Shown here: positions 37,801-45,817 of the stretch, piece by piece
How the letters are laid out: each line of letters opens with the position of its first letter
How positions within the stretch are numbered: position 1 is the stretch's first letter
DNA from: Candidatus Giovannonibacteria bacterium RIFCSPLOWO2_02_FULL_45_28
GTDB taxonomy: Bacteria > Patescibacteriota > Minisyncoccia > UBA11713 > 2-01-FULL-45-33
Reading direction: 5' to 3'
DNA length: 48,840 nt
Assembly: GCA_001780725.1 (NCBI GenBank)
Contig: MFIM01000027.1
Location: forward strand, 1 to 48,840
Notes under the pieces: generated by a model
What the model was told of the DNA's origin: nothing
What the model saw: only the letters and a program-made list of their open reading frames with translations
Databases searched by the model: none
Translations under genes and position numbers: made by a program

Positions 37801-40800
37801 AACCACCACCGGACCAACCGCGCCAATTCTTTCAATTGATGGTCTAAATGGAAGAGTCGGCATCGGGACGGCAAATCCTTTAGTGCCGTTGCAATTGAAT
37901 GGCAATATATTCCATATAAATAATGATAATGCCGAAATTGGATTAGGATCTTCGAGATCGTTCAATAGGCTCCTAGTAGATAGTGATACTAATGTTGGAT
38001 TGGTAGGCAAGAAAAATGTGTGGATAGGCATTGACTCAGATAATAGCGGCACGGACGCCACCTTTGGTATAGTTGCCAATGATGATTGGTTGGGTGGGAG
38101 CGAAACGCCGTTGTTTACTGTTACAGAGGCTGGCTCCGTCGGTATCGGGACGACGAGTCCCGCAAGTTTGCTCTCCGTGGCTGGCAACACTTATCTTGAT
38201 TCCAATTTAATTACTTATTCTTCCTCAACCGCCGCGAATCTTACCATTTCATACCAGCGCGCGGCGACGACGACGATTCCACAAAGTAGAAATGCTTTTG
38301 CCATCGGAACCACCACCGGACTAACCGCTCCAATTTTTTCAATTGATGGTCTAAATGGAAGAGTCGGCATCGGGACGGCGGCGCCAAGCGCTACTCTTAC
38401 CGTGCTTGGATCAGGCACCCTGCTTTCGCTCCAAAGTGGTGGTGGGGTGGCGTTTAGCGTTTCTACTTCTCAAATGCTTTTTGATGCTGATAATCAGCCT
38501 TTTGCTATTGGTGAAAATGCAGATTATTCACTTGGACATAATTCAACCACAGATAATTTTGAGATAGTTGATGGAAGTACAATAGGAACAAACGTTAGGA
38601 TGGTTATAAGTAGCTCCGGCAACGTCGGCATCGGGACGACGAGTCCGGCTGCCACACTCTCCGTAACTGGCAACACTTATCTAGATTCAAACTTAATTAC
38701 TTATTCTTCCTCAACCGCCGCGAATCTTACCATTTCATACCAGCGCGCGGCGACGACGACGATTCCCAATCTCGCCATCAACGCCTGGAGCATTGCCACC
38801 TCAACTTCCAATACTCCCGTCTTTACCATCTCTTCCACTTCTTCTCCCTTCGGACTGATAGGCATAGGCACCTCTTCTCCTTCTTACACCCTCTCAATTG
38901 CAGGAAACGAATACCTTACAGGAGGACTTGGAGTCGGCAAAGCCACCACAACCGCAGGAGTCATTGAATCTTCGGGACTCATACTCTCCGGAGGAGTCTT
39001 TGCGGCTTTGGGAACTGCAACCTCAACATTCTCGGGAGATATCAATCTTCCTACAGGCAAGTGCTACCAGGTGAATGGAACTTGCACTCTCATGAGCGCC
39101 ATTACATCTCTTAACGGACTTACTGGAACAACACAGACATTTGCTTCAAACGACTTAATTAGCATTGTTTCTCCCGCCGCCGGCACTGTACACAACTTCT
39201 ACGGCTCAACAACTCCCACTTTTGGATGGCTGCATGCAACGTCTTCAACAGCTTCGTTCTTTACAGGAGCTTTGGGTATCGGGACGACGAGTCCGTGGGG
39301 ATTGCTTTCAGTAAATCCAGATGGCATCTCCGGCCCCGCTTTCGTAGTCGGGTCTTCAACAGCAACTAATTTCATAGTAACCAACGGCGGCAACGTCGGC
39401 ATCGGGACGGCGGCACCTACTGCCGGACTCATGTTAGATATTAGGGGCGATATGTCTGTGAACAATGATGGTTACTATGCTTTTGCCGAAGATAAGGTTA
39501 ACTGGAGCATACACGGAAGGACCACTGACTCTACGACCATGTTAGGTTCGGCACTCAAAACAACGATTATCCCCGGTTCCGGTACGACCGAAGGCTTTGC
39601 TATTGCTGGTGCTGGCCTAGCGAGTTCTTTTGAAGCAAGAAACGATGGACAAATATACATGAAAGGCAACGTCGGCATCGGGACGACGAGTCCGGCTACC
39701 ACACTCTCCGTAGCAGGAAACACTTATTTAGATTCCAATTTAATTACTTATTCTTCCTCAACCGCTGCGAATCTTACCGTTTCCTACCAAAGAGCGGCGA
39801 CGACGACGATTCCAATAAATACCGTCTATGCTTGGTCTATCGCGACCTCCACCACCGCATCTCCTCTTTTTACTTTCAATACGAACGGGCCCTACGCGAC
39901 TACTTCCATAAATGGCGGATTTGTTTTGAATAACGGCGCAGTTAATTACGATTCATCAAGCGGCATAATTTCCGCGGATTCAATTCAGACCGGGCCCATG
40001 GGTTTTGACACCGACGCCGGAATTGTTTCCTGGATTGACATGCCAAGCTCTACCACCACCGCAAATATTGTAAACAGCTATTCCGCTATGCTGGATAGCA
40101 CAGCAATCCTCACGATTTACGGCACAACCACAACTTCAGGAAATATAACTTACGGTCATGTCGGCATCGGGACGACCAGCCCAACCATTGCTCGCCTTTC
40201 CGTTCAAGGCAACATCGCCGCTTTTGGCTGCATACGCTCCGCCACTTCTACTTATTCCATCGGGCCCGCAAGTTGTGTAGACATCGCCGAAACATACCCT
40301 ATATCGGAAGATGCCTCGGCTGGGGACATTATGATGGTAGGTCCGGATGGAAAATTAAAAAAAGCCACGGATCGCGCGGGGCTAATTGGCGTTGTGTCAA
40401 GCGAGCCGGCAATATTATTGGAAGGGCCTGTGGCGTTTTTCGGAAGCCAAATTAACAATCAAACACTAGAGCATAAAACTGGCTCTATGGCGCCCATTGC
40501 TTTAGCCGGAAGGGTCCCTGTAAAAGTTTCGGCAGAAGGCGGCCCAATAAAACCGGGAGATAGAATAACAATTTCTTCGGCGCCCGGAGTCGGAATGAAA
40601 GCTACCACCTCCGGCCAGACCGTTGGGATCGCTTTAGAGCCGTACGACAGCGGAGAAATCGGTAAAATAATTGTTTTTATAAATCTTGGTTATTCAAAAC
40701 TGGATTCAGGATTATCTCAAGCGCTGGATGGAAATGGGGGATTAATTGTTGATCAGGCAAGCGGCAAAATGAAATCTTCTTACACTTTGGATATGGACAA

Positions 40801-41377
40801 TAACGACATTATAAACGCGCGGAAAATTCTCTCTGCCTCCGGGCTTTGGTCAATTGACGAGAACGGGAAGCTAATCGTTCAGGAAATTGAAACCAAAAAA
40901 CTCACTGTAACAGGACAGCAGGGGATTACTATTTACGACCGCGTTACAGGACAACCCGTTTGTGTTTATTCCGAAAACGGAGTTTTGAAGTCGGAAGATG
41001 GGGAGTGTTGGGCCGCCGAAACTGGCGGGAAAACATCCGATGTTTCCGCCGAAGGCGGATCCGCCTCTGGCGGAGAGGAGCTAGTTTCGGATACTGACCC
41101 TCCAACAATCTCAATTTTGGGCAACAATCCTTCCGCCATTAATGTAGGCGGAACCTATTCTGACATGGGGGTCACGGTAACTGATAATATTGATCAAAAT
41201 TTGGGATACACGGCTTCTTTAGATGGCGGGCTTGAACTTTTGCAGGGAGATGGACTTCAAATTGATACCTCAAAGGCTGGCGAACATATAATTATTTACA
41301 CGGCAGCGGATTCGGCAGGGAATACCGCTTCGTCCACAAGAACAGTAGAAGTAGTAGAAATTTATGGAAATCAGTAG
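34853..41377 (+). CDS. giant membrane-anchored fibre/adhesin-like protein
   Basis: N-terminal excisionase-like HTH (YLSASEAARLCNY..YVGQLCRGGKI), TM, about 12 GNVGIGT modules, chaperone/autoprocessing-like region (DIAETY..GVVS..ALAGRVPVKV..IKPGD), C-terminal DUF5011-like Ig (DTDPPTISILGNNP). Start uncertain (34838/34853/34862). Confidence 0.85.
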   Translation: MKYMKEKYLSASEAARLCNYHRIYVGQLCRGGKIDCKKFGTDWMVSEESILNYKKELTSKNLSLTPSQGRGKNNTLPFGEGEGWVTEKSSSTLQDIFHAQDKPDDVWDRAILGEKEKEAFWFPEFSLKQWSLGAVSLSSILIAALIFYNAGAIKNSIADAVESVNVSAKNFVTKTSSIPLLAKERMGNVVEFTSLIRRSGEGVVEIFNNFGSSGLELAQNGKDWVSETASAVADEIKNGSALLNKIPDVVADNLIFVEKKALVALSLPKFSLPFTLEDVRLSLSDIKMRFFNNIFAARDYIVFLGLDIKKVALDFVSSPSPSGKTLGVFGDSTPSVEEDGEQKPSPLIVSKNLPLTPSQGRGKNNTLPFGEGEGGVTEKSPPFLQGEGLERSRGVDESSIISRVLSSINITQRFQELENRLTSNLSLLISNIEKRIPPNVQNPVVFLTASAPSPIRNDPPQQISGVSAGFGDFSQGISTGGNLSATGNVTLGDDAKTASIASSVWDITSAGAASGFISLSTNSLSASTFNLSGLLTTGGFIATASSTIIGDLTFQNATSTGYLSVTGSATSTFANGIKLTGGCFLLLDGTCAGTGSGSGLTGTIGQVAYFSGTDSAVGTSTIVISTSGNVGIGTAAPQTILDVLGTASSTLYLANIGSESAPAYSFAGGSNGGFFQNPSGTIGISTGGAARVTFASSGLSMGVNGTAASPSIAWSADGDTGIFRDSSDQLAFTAGGIEALRFIEVNSIVTSYFNAGNVGIGTTSPSATLSVAGNTYLDSNLITYSSSTAANLTISYQRAATTTIPQSINAFAIGTTTGPTAPILSIDGLNGRVGIGTANPLVPLQLNGNIFHINNDNAEIGLGSSRSFNRLLVDSDTNVGLVGKKNVWIGIDSDNSGTDATFGIVANDDWLGGSETPLFTVTEAGSVGIGTTSPASLLSVAGNTYLDSNLITYSSSTAANLTISYQRAATTTIPQSINAFAIGTTTGPTAPILSIDGLNGRVGIGTANPLVPLQLNGNIFHINNDNAEIGLGSSRSFNRLLVDSDTNVGLVGKKNVWIGIDSDNSGTDATFGIVANDDWLGGSETPLFTVTEAGSVGIGTTSPASLLSVAGNTYLDSNLITYSSSTAANLTISYQRAATTTIPQSRNAFAIGTTTGLTAPIFSIDGLNGRVGIGTAAPSATLTVLGSGTLLSLQSGGGVAFSVSTSQMLFDADNQPFAIGENADYSLGHNSTTDNFEIVDGSTIGTNVRMVISSSGNVGIGTTSPAATLSVTGNTYLDSNLITYSSSTAANLTISYQRAATTTIPNLAINAWSIATSTSNTPVFTISSTSSPFGLIGIGTSSPSYTLSIAGNEYLTGGLGVGKATTTAGVIESSGLILSGGVFAALGTATSTFSGDINLPTGKCYQVNGTCTLMSAITSLNGLTGTTQTFASNDLISIVSPAAGTVHNFYGSTTPTFGWLHATSSTASFFTGALGIGTTSPWGLLSVNPDGISGPAFVVGSSTATNFIVTNGGNVGIGTAAPTAGLMLDIRGDMSVNNDGYYAFAEDKVNWSIHGRTTDSTTMLGSALKTTIIPGSGTTEGFAIAGAGLASSFEARNDGQIYMKGNVGIGTTSPATTLSVAGNTYLDSNLITYSSSTAANLTVSYQRAATTTIPINTVYAWSIATSTTASPLFTFNTNGPYATTSINGGFVLNNGAVNYDSSSGIISADSIQTGPMGFDTDAGIVSWIDMPSSTTTANIVNSYSAMLDSTAILTIYGTTTTSGNITYGHVGIGTTSPTIARLSVQGNIAAFGCIRSATSTYSIGPASCVDIAETYPISEDASAGDIMMVGPDGKLKKATDRAGLIGVVSSEPAILLEGPVAFFGSQINNQTLEHKTGSMAPIALAGRVPVKVSAEGGPIKPGDRITISSAPGVGMKATTSGQTVGIALEPYDSGEIGKIIVFINLGYSKLDSGLSQALDGNGGLIVDQASGKMKSSYTLDMDNNDIINARKILSASGLWSIDENGKLIVQEIETKKLTVTGQQGITIYDRVTGQPVCVYSENGVLKSEDGECWAAETGGKTSDVSAEGGSASGGEELVSDTDPPTISILGNNPSAINVGGTYSDMGVTVTDNIDQNLGYTASLDGGLELLQGDGLQIDTSKAGEHIIIYTAADSAGNTASSTRTVEVVEIYGNQ
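35026..35992 (+). repeat. 94-bp in-frame multi-hairpin repeat, two copies (35026-35119, 35899-35992)
   Basis: 3 mismatches between copies; contains CCCCTTCC-caa-GGAAGGGG and CCCTCCCC-ttt-GGGGAGGG. Confidence 0.85.
35809..35875 (+). repeat. GGGAA/GAGGA structured element, copy 3
   Basis: CTCGCCGTCa-GGGAA-AACACTCGGTGTT-N11-AACACCGAGTGTT-GAGGA-gGACGGCGAG. Confidence 0.85.
37166..38288 (+). repeat. 507-bp tandem duplication (about 2.2 copies) in the giant gene
   Basis: Units start at 37166, 37673 and 38180; the ORF track shows identical antisense ORFs offset by 507. Confidence 0.9.
41016..41090 (+). repeat. GGGAA/GAGGA structured element, copy 4 (composite)
   Basis: CCGAAACTGGC-GGGAA-AACATCCGATGTT-TCCGCCgaaGGCGGA-TCCGCCtctGGCGGA-GAGGA-GCTAGTTTCGG. 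Confidence 0.85.
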
Positions 41378-41993
41378 AAACTTATGGAAATTGATTTTGA
41401 TTGCGGCGCTGATTTTGGGTGCGGCGAGTTTCTATAAGTTTCAATTTATTTCCACAAGTTTCAATGATTCCAATGGCTCTCAACCAGTTTCAACCAATTT
41501 CAACGAATATCGCAACGCAGATTTCAAATTTTCTTTTCAGTATCCTAAAAACCTAACTCTCCAGGAATTTGATGATGAAAGGGGACATGTGATTTTGTTT
41601 GAGGCGAGCGGGAAAACATCCGATGTTGAATCCCCAAAAACATCGGATGTTGAGGAGCTCGCCGGCTTCCAAATTTTCATAGCTCCTTTCGACGAAGAAG
41701 GCCCAATAACTCCCGAACGCATAAAAAAAGACTTGCTTAATATTGTCGTGGAAAATCCAACTCCGACAAAAGTCGGCCCTTCGACAGGCTCAGGGCAAGC
41801 TGACGCTTTGAGTTTTGTCGGAGAAGGGGACCCGCCTACCGGCGAGGCAGGCGGCTTTAAAACCGCCGAGGTCTGGTTTGTTTATCCCCCCGAACCCTAC
41901 CCCAACGGAAATTATCTTTATCAAGTCACCGCGAAGCTGGAGGACGCAACTTTAATAGAAGAGATTTTGAAAACATGGAGATTTAGCCGCTGA
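41364..41993 (+). CDS. membrane-anchored PsbP-like protein
   Basis: TM, YRNADFKFSFQYP, GFQIFI, EVWF..YLYQV, EILKTWRF; carries three palindromic inserts. Confidence 0.7.
   Translation: MEISRNLWKLILIAALILGAASFYKFQFISTSFNDSNGSQPVSTNFNEYRNADFKFSFQYPKNLTLQEFDDERGHVILFEASGKTSDVESPKTSDVEELAGFQIFIAPFDEEGPITPERIKKDLLNIVVENPTPTKVGPSTGSGQADALSFVGEGDPPTGEAGGFKTAEVWFVYPPEPYPNGNYLYQVTAKLEDATLIEEILKTWRFSR
41603..41663 (+). repeat. GGGAA/GAGGA structured element, copy 5
   Basis: GGCGAGC-GGGAA-AACATCCGATGTT-N11-AACATCGGATGTT-GAGGA-GCTCGCC. Confidence 0.88.
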
Positions 41994-42028
41994 TACTTCG
42001 CTGATTACTACGCAGATAAAACGCTGAT
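41988..42028 (+). repeat. left array of 4 CGCWGAT units
   Basis: Units at 41988, 41999, 42011, 42022. Confidence 0.85.
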
Positions 42029-42030
42029 CT

Positions 42031-42435
42031 ATGAAAAACAAAGTAAAATATTTTTTATACGAGAGGGAGTCCTACCTTATACGAGGGGCGTGTTTTGAGG
42101 TATGGAAAGAATTTAAAGGTATGTTTAAAGAATCGGTAATAGACCGCGCTCTAAACATCGCGCTTGAATCACGCGGCTTAAAAGTTGAATCGCAGAAGAG
42201 AATTGATATCTACTTTAAAGATAAAAAGGTGGGCACTTATGTTCCCGATAAAATTGTTGAAGGCAAGATTCTGCTCGAGTTAAAAGCAAAACCATTTATT
42301 ACTAAACAAGATATTGAACAATTTTGGAAGTACCTTAAGGGCTCACAATACAAACTTGGGTTTCTTATAAATTTTTCACCCACGAGATTACAAATTAAAC
42401 GCGTCGTATATGATACTGCCCGTAAATCAGCGTAA
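42031..42435 (+). CDS. GxxExxY family protein (PD-(D/E)xK nuclease fold)
   Basis: SYLIRGACFEVWKEFKGMFKESV, VGTYVPDKIVEGKILLELKA, YLKGSQYKLGFLINF. Confidence 0.88.
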   Translation: MKNKVKYFLYERESYLIRGACFEVWKEFKGMFKESVIDRALNIALESRGLKVESQKRIDIYFKDKKVGTYVPDKIVEGKILLELKAKPFITKQDIEQFWKYLKGSQYKLGFLINFSPTRLQIKRVVYDTARKSA

Positions 42436-44593
42436 AATCAGCGTTTTTATCAGCATGATATCAGCGGTCGTTGTAGCCGCCTTTCTTTTTATCGTATCAC
42501 CCAATAGTGCGGCGGCCGCCTTACTCATAAATCGCCCCTTATATATCGGCTTAAATAGCGGCCTCGTCGGCTACTGGTCTTTTGATGGCCCGGATATGGC
42601 GAACGTCACCGCTTACGACCGCTCGGGTAACGCGAACAACGGCACTCTCACCAACGGCCCCACTCGAGCAGTAGGCAGAATCGGCCAGGCGCTGGAGTTT
42701 GACGGGGCAGATGACAGAGTTGATATCAGCTCCCCCAGTTTTAATGGCGCAGAACCATTTACAATCAGCGTATGGATAAAACCTGCGAGTTTGGGGGAAG
42801 GAAGTTTGGGACGCATTATGTCGTTTAATAATGCCACTACTGATGACTTAAGAATGGGTGTCGGTCCATTAGTAAATTTTTCCCCCAATGGTGGTGCGGG
42901 AGGGGATTGTGACTCTAACAATATTACTCTTAATGTTTGGGTTCATGTGGTGTTTACGCTTTCAAGCACAGGTGTTTGTACATTTTACATTGATGGAGTG
43001 AATCAAACTTTTGATAGTTCTGGTCAAACAATCGGGGCTTCAACAAGTTTTTCCATAGGAAATTTGGTAGGTGGCGTAACTAGAACTTTCGACGGTCCCA
43101 TTGACGAATTCCGTTTCTACAATCGCATCCTCTCCCCAGACGAAATAAAACGCCTCTATAAAATCGGGGCGACGCTGAAAGTCAATAAACCCAACTATGT
43201 GGGGTTGGATAACGGCCTCGTCGGCTATTGGTCTTTTGACGGGCCGGATATGGCGGGGAACACCGCGTACGATAGAAGCGGGCAAAACAACCACGTCTCT
43301 TCTACCGGGTCAAATATGCCTACTCGCTCGGCTGGAAAAATAGGGCAGGGACTGAAGTTCGACAATGCCAATGATTATATTGAGATTACTTCCTTTGCGC
43401 GCGGAGGCAACTTTACCTGGGCGGGATGGATTTTCCCCATAACCACCGGTGGGGGAGATAAAGGCAGACTATTCAATAATGGCATCACAGGGGCTATACA
43501 GGTTGGTTTGTATGTAAGCGGATCGCCTACACCATATATAGAATTAACAACCAATACTGGAGTATGGAGAAGCCCAAGTGGGAGCATAGAACTGAATAAA
43601 TGGCAACATGTAGCAGTTGTTTTTGATTCCACCTCTACGAATAACGATCCTGTTTTCTATATCAATGGATCTTTAGTATCAACATCGGAGTTTACTACGC
43701 CCACGAATACGCCATCGGACAATGTTTTGCTTACTATTGGAAATAATCCTAATACCGAGCTTACTAGGACCTTTGACGGAACTCTTGATGAAATGCGTGC
43801 CTACAACCGCGCGCTGTCGGCGGACGAAATCAAACGCCTCTACAAAATCGGGGCGACGCTGAAAGTAAATAAACCTAACTACGTGGGCTTAAATAGCGGC
43901 CTCGTCGGCTACTGGTCTTTTGACGGCCCGGATATGTACAACAACACCGCGCTTGACCGCTCCGGTCAGGGCAACAACGGCACGCTCACAAACGGCCCCA
44001 CGCGCAAAGTTGGCCGCATCGGCCAGGGGCTGGAGTTTGATGGGAGTAATGATTATGTGGATATTGCCAACGAAAGTAACTTTGATTTTGAGCGTACCCA
44101 ACCATTTTCATATTCTCTATGGACAAAACCTAAGGCTGGGGATACCAGTATTTCCTTAGCGCTTGGAAAAATTTTAGATTCTGGAAATTTCACTGGATGG
44201 GCACTTCTTACAAATTACGATTATAGTTCTAACACCGAAGTAGCCGGCAGATTAGCTGTAGCACTTGTCAATATCTCCGGTACCACAAATGCTATTGGTA
44301 TTGAGGCTGATTCAAAGATCAATGATGGAGGATGGCATCATTATACTGTTACATATGATGGTTCAAGCTTTGCAAGTGGTATAAAAATCTATGAAGATGG
44401 TATATCACTTGCTCTTAATGTTGCTTCTGATAGCCTTACCGGTTCGATACTTAATAACGTTAATGTAGAAATCGGTGATAGAGATAGTGGTGCGAGTTCC
44501 TTAAACTATCCCGGCCTTATCGACGAAGTCCGCATCTACAACCGCGCGCTTTCCGGCGATGAAATCAAGCGGCTCTATAATTTGGGACGGTAG
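42410..44593 (+). CDS. secreted protein with three LamG-like jelly-roll domains
   Basis: Signal peptide; 3x GLVGYWSFDG...GQ.L.FD...W.H...G..DE.R.YNR.LS..EIKRLY; true start may be 42455. Confidence 0.88.
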   Translation: MILPVNQRKISVFISMISAVVVAAFLFIVSPNSAAAALLINRPLYIGLNSGLVGYWSFDGPDMANVTAYDRSGNANNGTLTNGPTRAVGRIGQALEFDGADDRVDISSPSFNGAEPFTISVWIKPASLGEGSLGRIMSFNNATTDDLRMGVGPLVNFSPNGGAGGDCDSNNITLNVWVHVVFTLSSTGVCTFYIDGVNQTFDSSGQTIGASTSFSIGNLVGGVTRTFDGPIDEFRFYNRILSPDEIKRLYKIGATLKVNKPNYVGLDNGLVGYWSFDGPDMAGNTAYDRSGQNNHVSSTGSNMPTRSAGKIGQGLKFDNANDYIEITSFARGGNFTWAGWIFPITTGGGDKGRLFNNGITGAIQVGLYVSGSPTPYIELTTNTGVWRSPSGSIELNKWQHVAVVFDSTSTNNDPVFYINGSLVSTSEFTTPTNTPSDNVLLTIGNNPNTELTRTFDGTLDEMRAYNRALSADEIKRLYKIGATLKVNKPNYVGLNSGLVGYWSFDGPDMYNNTALDRSGQGNNGTLTNGPTRKVGRIGQGLEFDGSNDYVDIANESNFDFERTQPFSYSLWTKPKAGDTSISLALGKILDSGNFTGWALLTNYDYSSNTEVAGRLAVALVNISGTTNAIGIEADSKINDGGWHHYTVTYDGSSFASGIKIYEDGISLALNVASDSLTGSILNNVNVEIGDRDSGASSLNYPGLIDEVRIYNRALSGDEIKRLYNLGR
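42426..42466 (-). repeat. right array of 4 ATCAGCR units (inverse of the left array)
   Basis: Units at 42426, 42437, 42449, 42460. Confidence 0.85.
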
Positions 44594-44619
44594 ATTTTTG
44601 TTGGGAAATATGCTATAAT
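44591..44619 (+). promoter_or_regulatory. leaderless promoter of TA pair 1
   Basis: TAGATT-N17-TATAAT with TG extension, ATG 7 nt later. Confidence 0.7.
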
Positions 44620-44625
44620 GAACAA

Positions 44626-44823
44626 ATGTATAACTGGTCAACCGATATAAAAAACCTTAAAAAACACCCGGAAAAATATAAAATCTGGAGGCTTGAACAG
44701 ATGATAAATTTTGGTTTGAATGGTAAAAAATTGAAAGAATTTGAGCTTAATAAATATTTTAACAAACTCAAAATCGATCCGTATCGTCGTAAATTTTTAA
44801 AACTACTTTTGAATGGAAAGTAA
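44626..44823 (+). CDS. putative antitoxin (DUF6922-like)
   Basis: 65 aa, NWSTD..L.K....IWRLEQMINFG; overlaps an AbiEii-like gene. Confidence 0.65.
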   Translation: MYNWSTDIKNLKKHPEKYKIWRLEQMINFGLNGKKLKEFELNKYFNKLKIDPYRRKFLKLLLNGK

Positions 44824-45469
44824 AATTTTAGACGAAAGGCAAATTAAATTTTTAGAAGAATTTCAAAAAATACCATTTTTGAAAGATAATTTTTATCTTA
44901 CCGGAGGGACGGCTCTTGCGGCTTTTTATCTCAAACATCGTTATTCGGAAGATTTGGATTTTTTTTCGGAAAAAGAAATAGATCTTTTAAATTTAGACAC
45001 GTCGTTAAAAAAACTTCAGAAAACATTAAAGCCGAATAAGGTTGATTTTCAGCAAAGCTATAATCGCAACTTATTTTTTTTGAGTTTCGGAAAACATATT
45101 TTAAAAACCGAATTTACTTATTTCCCATTCCTGAGAATAGACAGCAAGGTTTCAAAAAAAGGCATTTCTGTAGATAGCTTGATAGATATCGCGGTAAATA
45201 AGCTTTTTACCATATATCAGAGGGTTGCCGCGCGGGACTATATAGATTTGTATTTTATAATTGAGCGAGAAGACTTTAAAATTAACGACTTGATTTTGAA
45301 AGCTAAAGCAAAATTTGATTGGAATGTAGATCCTATACAGTTGGGGGCGCAATTTGTTAAATCCGGAGAAGCCGAAGATTTTCCAAGAATGATTGAGAAA
45401 ATCAAAACAGCTGTTTGGAGAAAATTTTTTATTGATGAAGCGAAAAAACTAAAGAGAAAAATTATTTAA
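44813..45469 (+). CDS. AbiEii/AbiGii-family nucleotidyltransferase toxin
   Basis: FYLTGGTALA..HRYSEDLDFF, DIAVNKL..IYQR..RDYIDLYF. Confidence 0.88.
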   Translation: MESKILDERQIKFLEEFQKIPFLKDNFYLTGGTALAAFYLKHRYSEDLDFFSEKEIDLLNLDTSLKKLQKTLKPNKVDFQQSYNRNLFFLSFGKHILKTEFTYFPFLRIDSKVSKKGISVDSLIDIAVNKLFTIYQRVAARDYIDLYFIIEREDFKINDLILKAKAKFDWNVDPIQLGAQFVKSGEAEDFPRMIEKIKTAVWRKFFIDEAKKLKRKII

Positions 45470-45470
45470 T

Positions 45471-45551
45471 GGCCTCATCGACGATGTCCGCGTCTACAAC
45501 AGGGCGCTTAATGGGAACGAGATTAAGAGATTGTATAATTTGGGGAGATAG
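45471..45551 (+). pseudogene. orphan 3' end of a LamG gene
   Basis: GLIDDVRVYNRALNGNEIKRLYNLGR*, 22/26 aa identical to 44513-44593; no start codon. Confidence 0.9.
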
Positions 45552-45583
45552 ATTTTTACTCAAATGCATGCTATAATAAGGGC

Positions 45584-45817
45584 ATGATTCCATCCAACAT
45601 TAAGCGGTATTTTTGGGAAGTAGATACGGAAAAACTTAATCCCAAGAAGCGTCCGGAATATATTATTTCGCGGCTATTAGAATACGGCAGGCCCGACGCG
45701 ATCCGCTGGGCATGGAGGTCTTTTTCTAAAAAAGAATGGGGAAAGGCGTTAAAATTACGTGAGGTGTCAAGGAAAAGCAAAAATTTTTGGTTGCCGTTTT
45801 TGTCTAATAAACAATGA
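45584..45817 (+). CDS. putative antitoxin (DUF6922-like)
   Basis: YFWEVDTEKLNPKKRPEYIISRLLEYG; TGCTATAAT ends 7 nt upstream. Confidence 0.75.
   Translation: MIPSNIKRYFWEVDTEKLNPKKRPEYIISRLLEYGRPDAIRWAWRSFSKKEWGKALKLREVSRKSKNFWLPFLSNKQ

Noticed and set aside
41988-42466. Repeat arrays or 13-mer pairs as a CRISPR array
   Set aside because: Units are 7-13 bp with 4-11 nt gaps; no 23-47-bp repeats with unique spacers and no cas genes.
37166-45551. Diversity-generating retroelement (template/variable repeat pair)
   Set aside because: No reverse transcriptase. The 507-bp copies are identical, and the LamG tail differences are largely synonymous, not adenine-specific.
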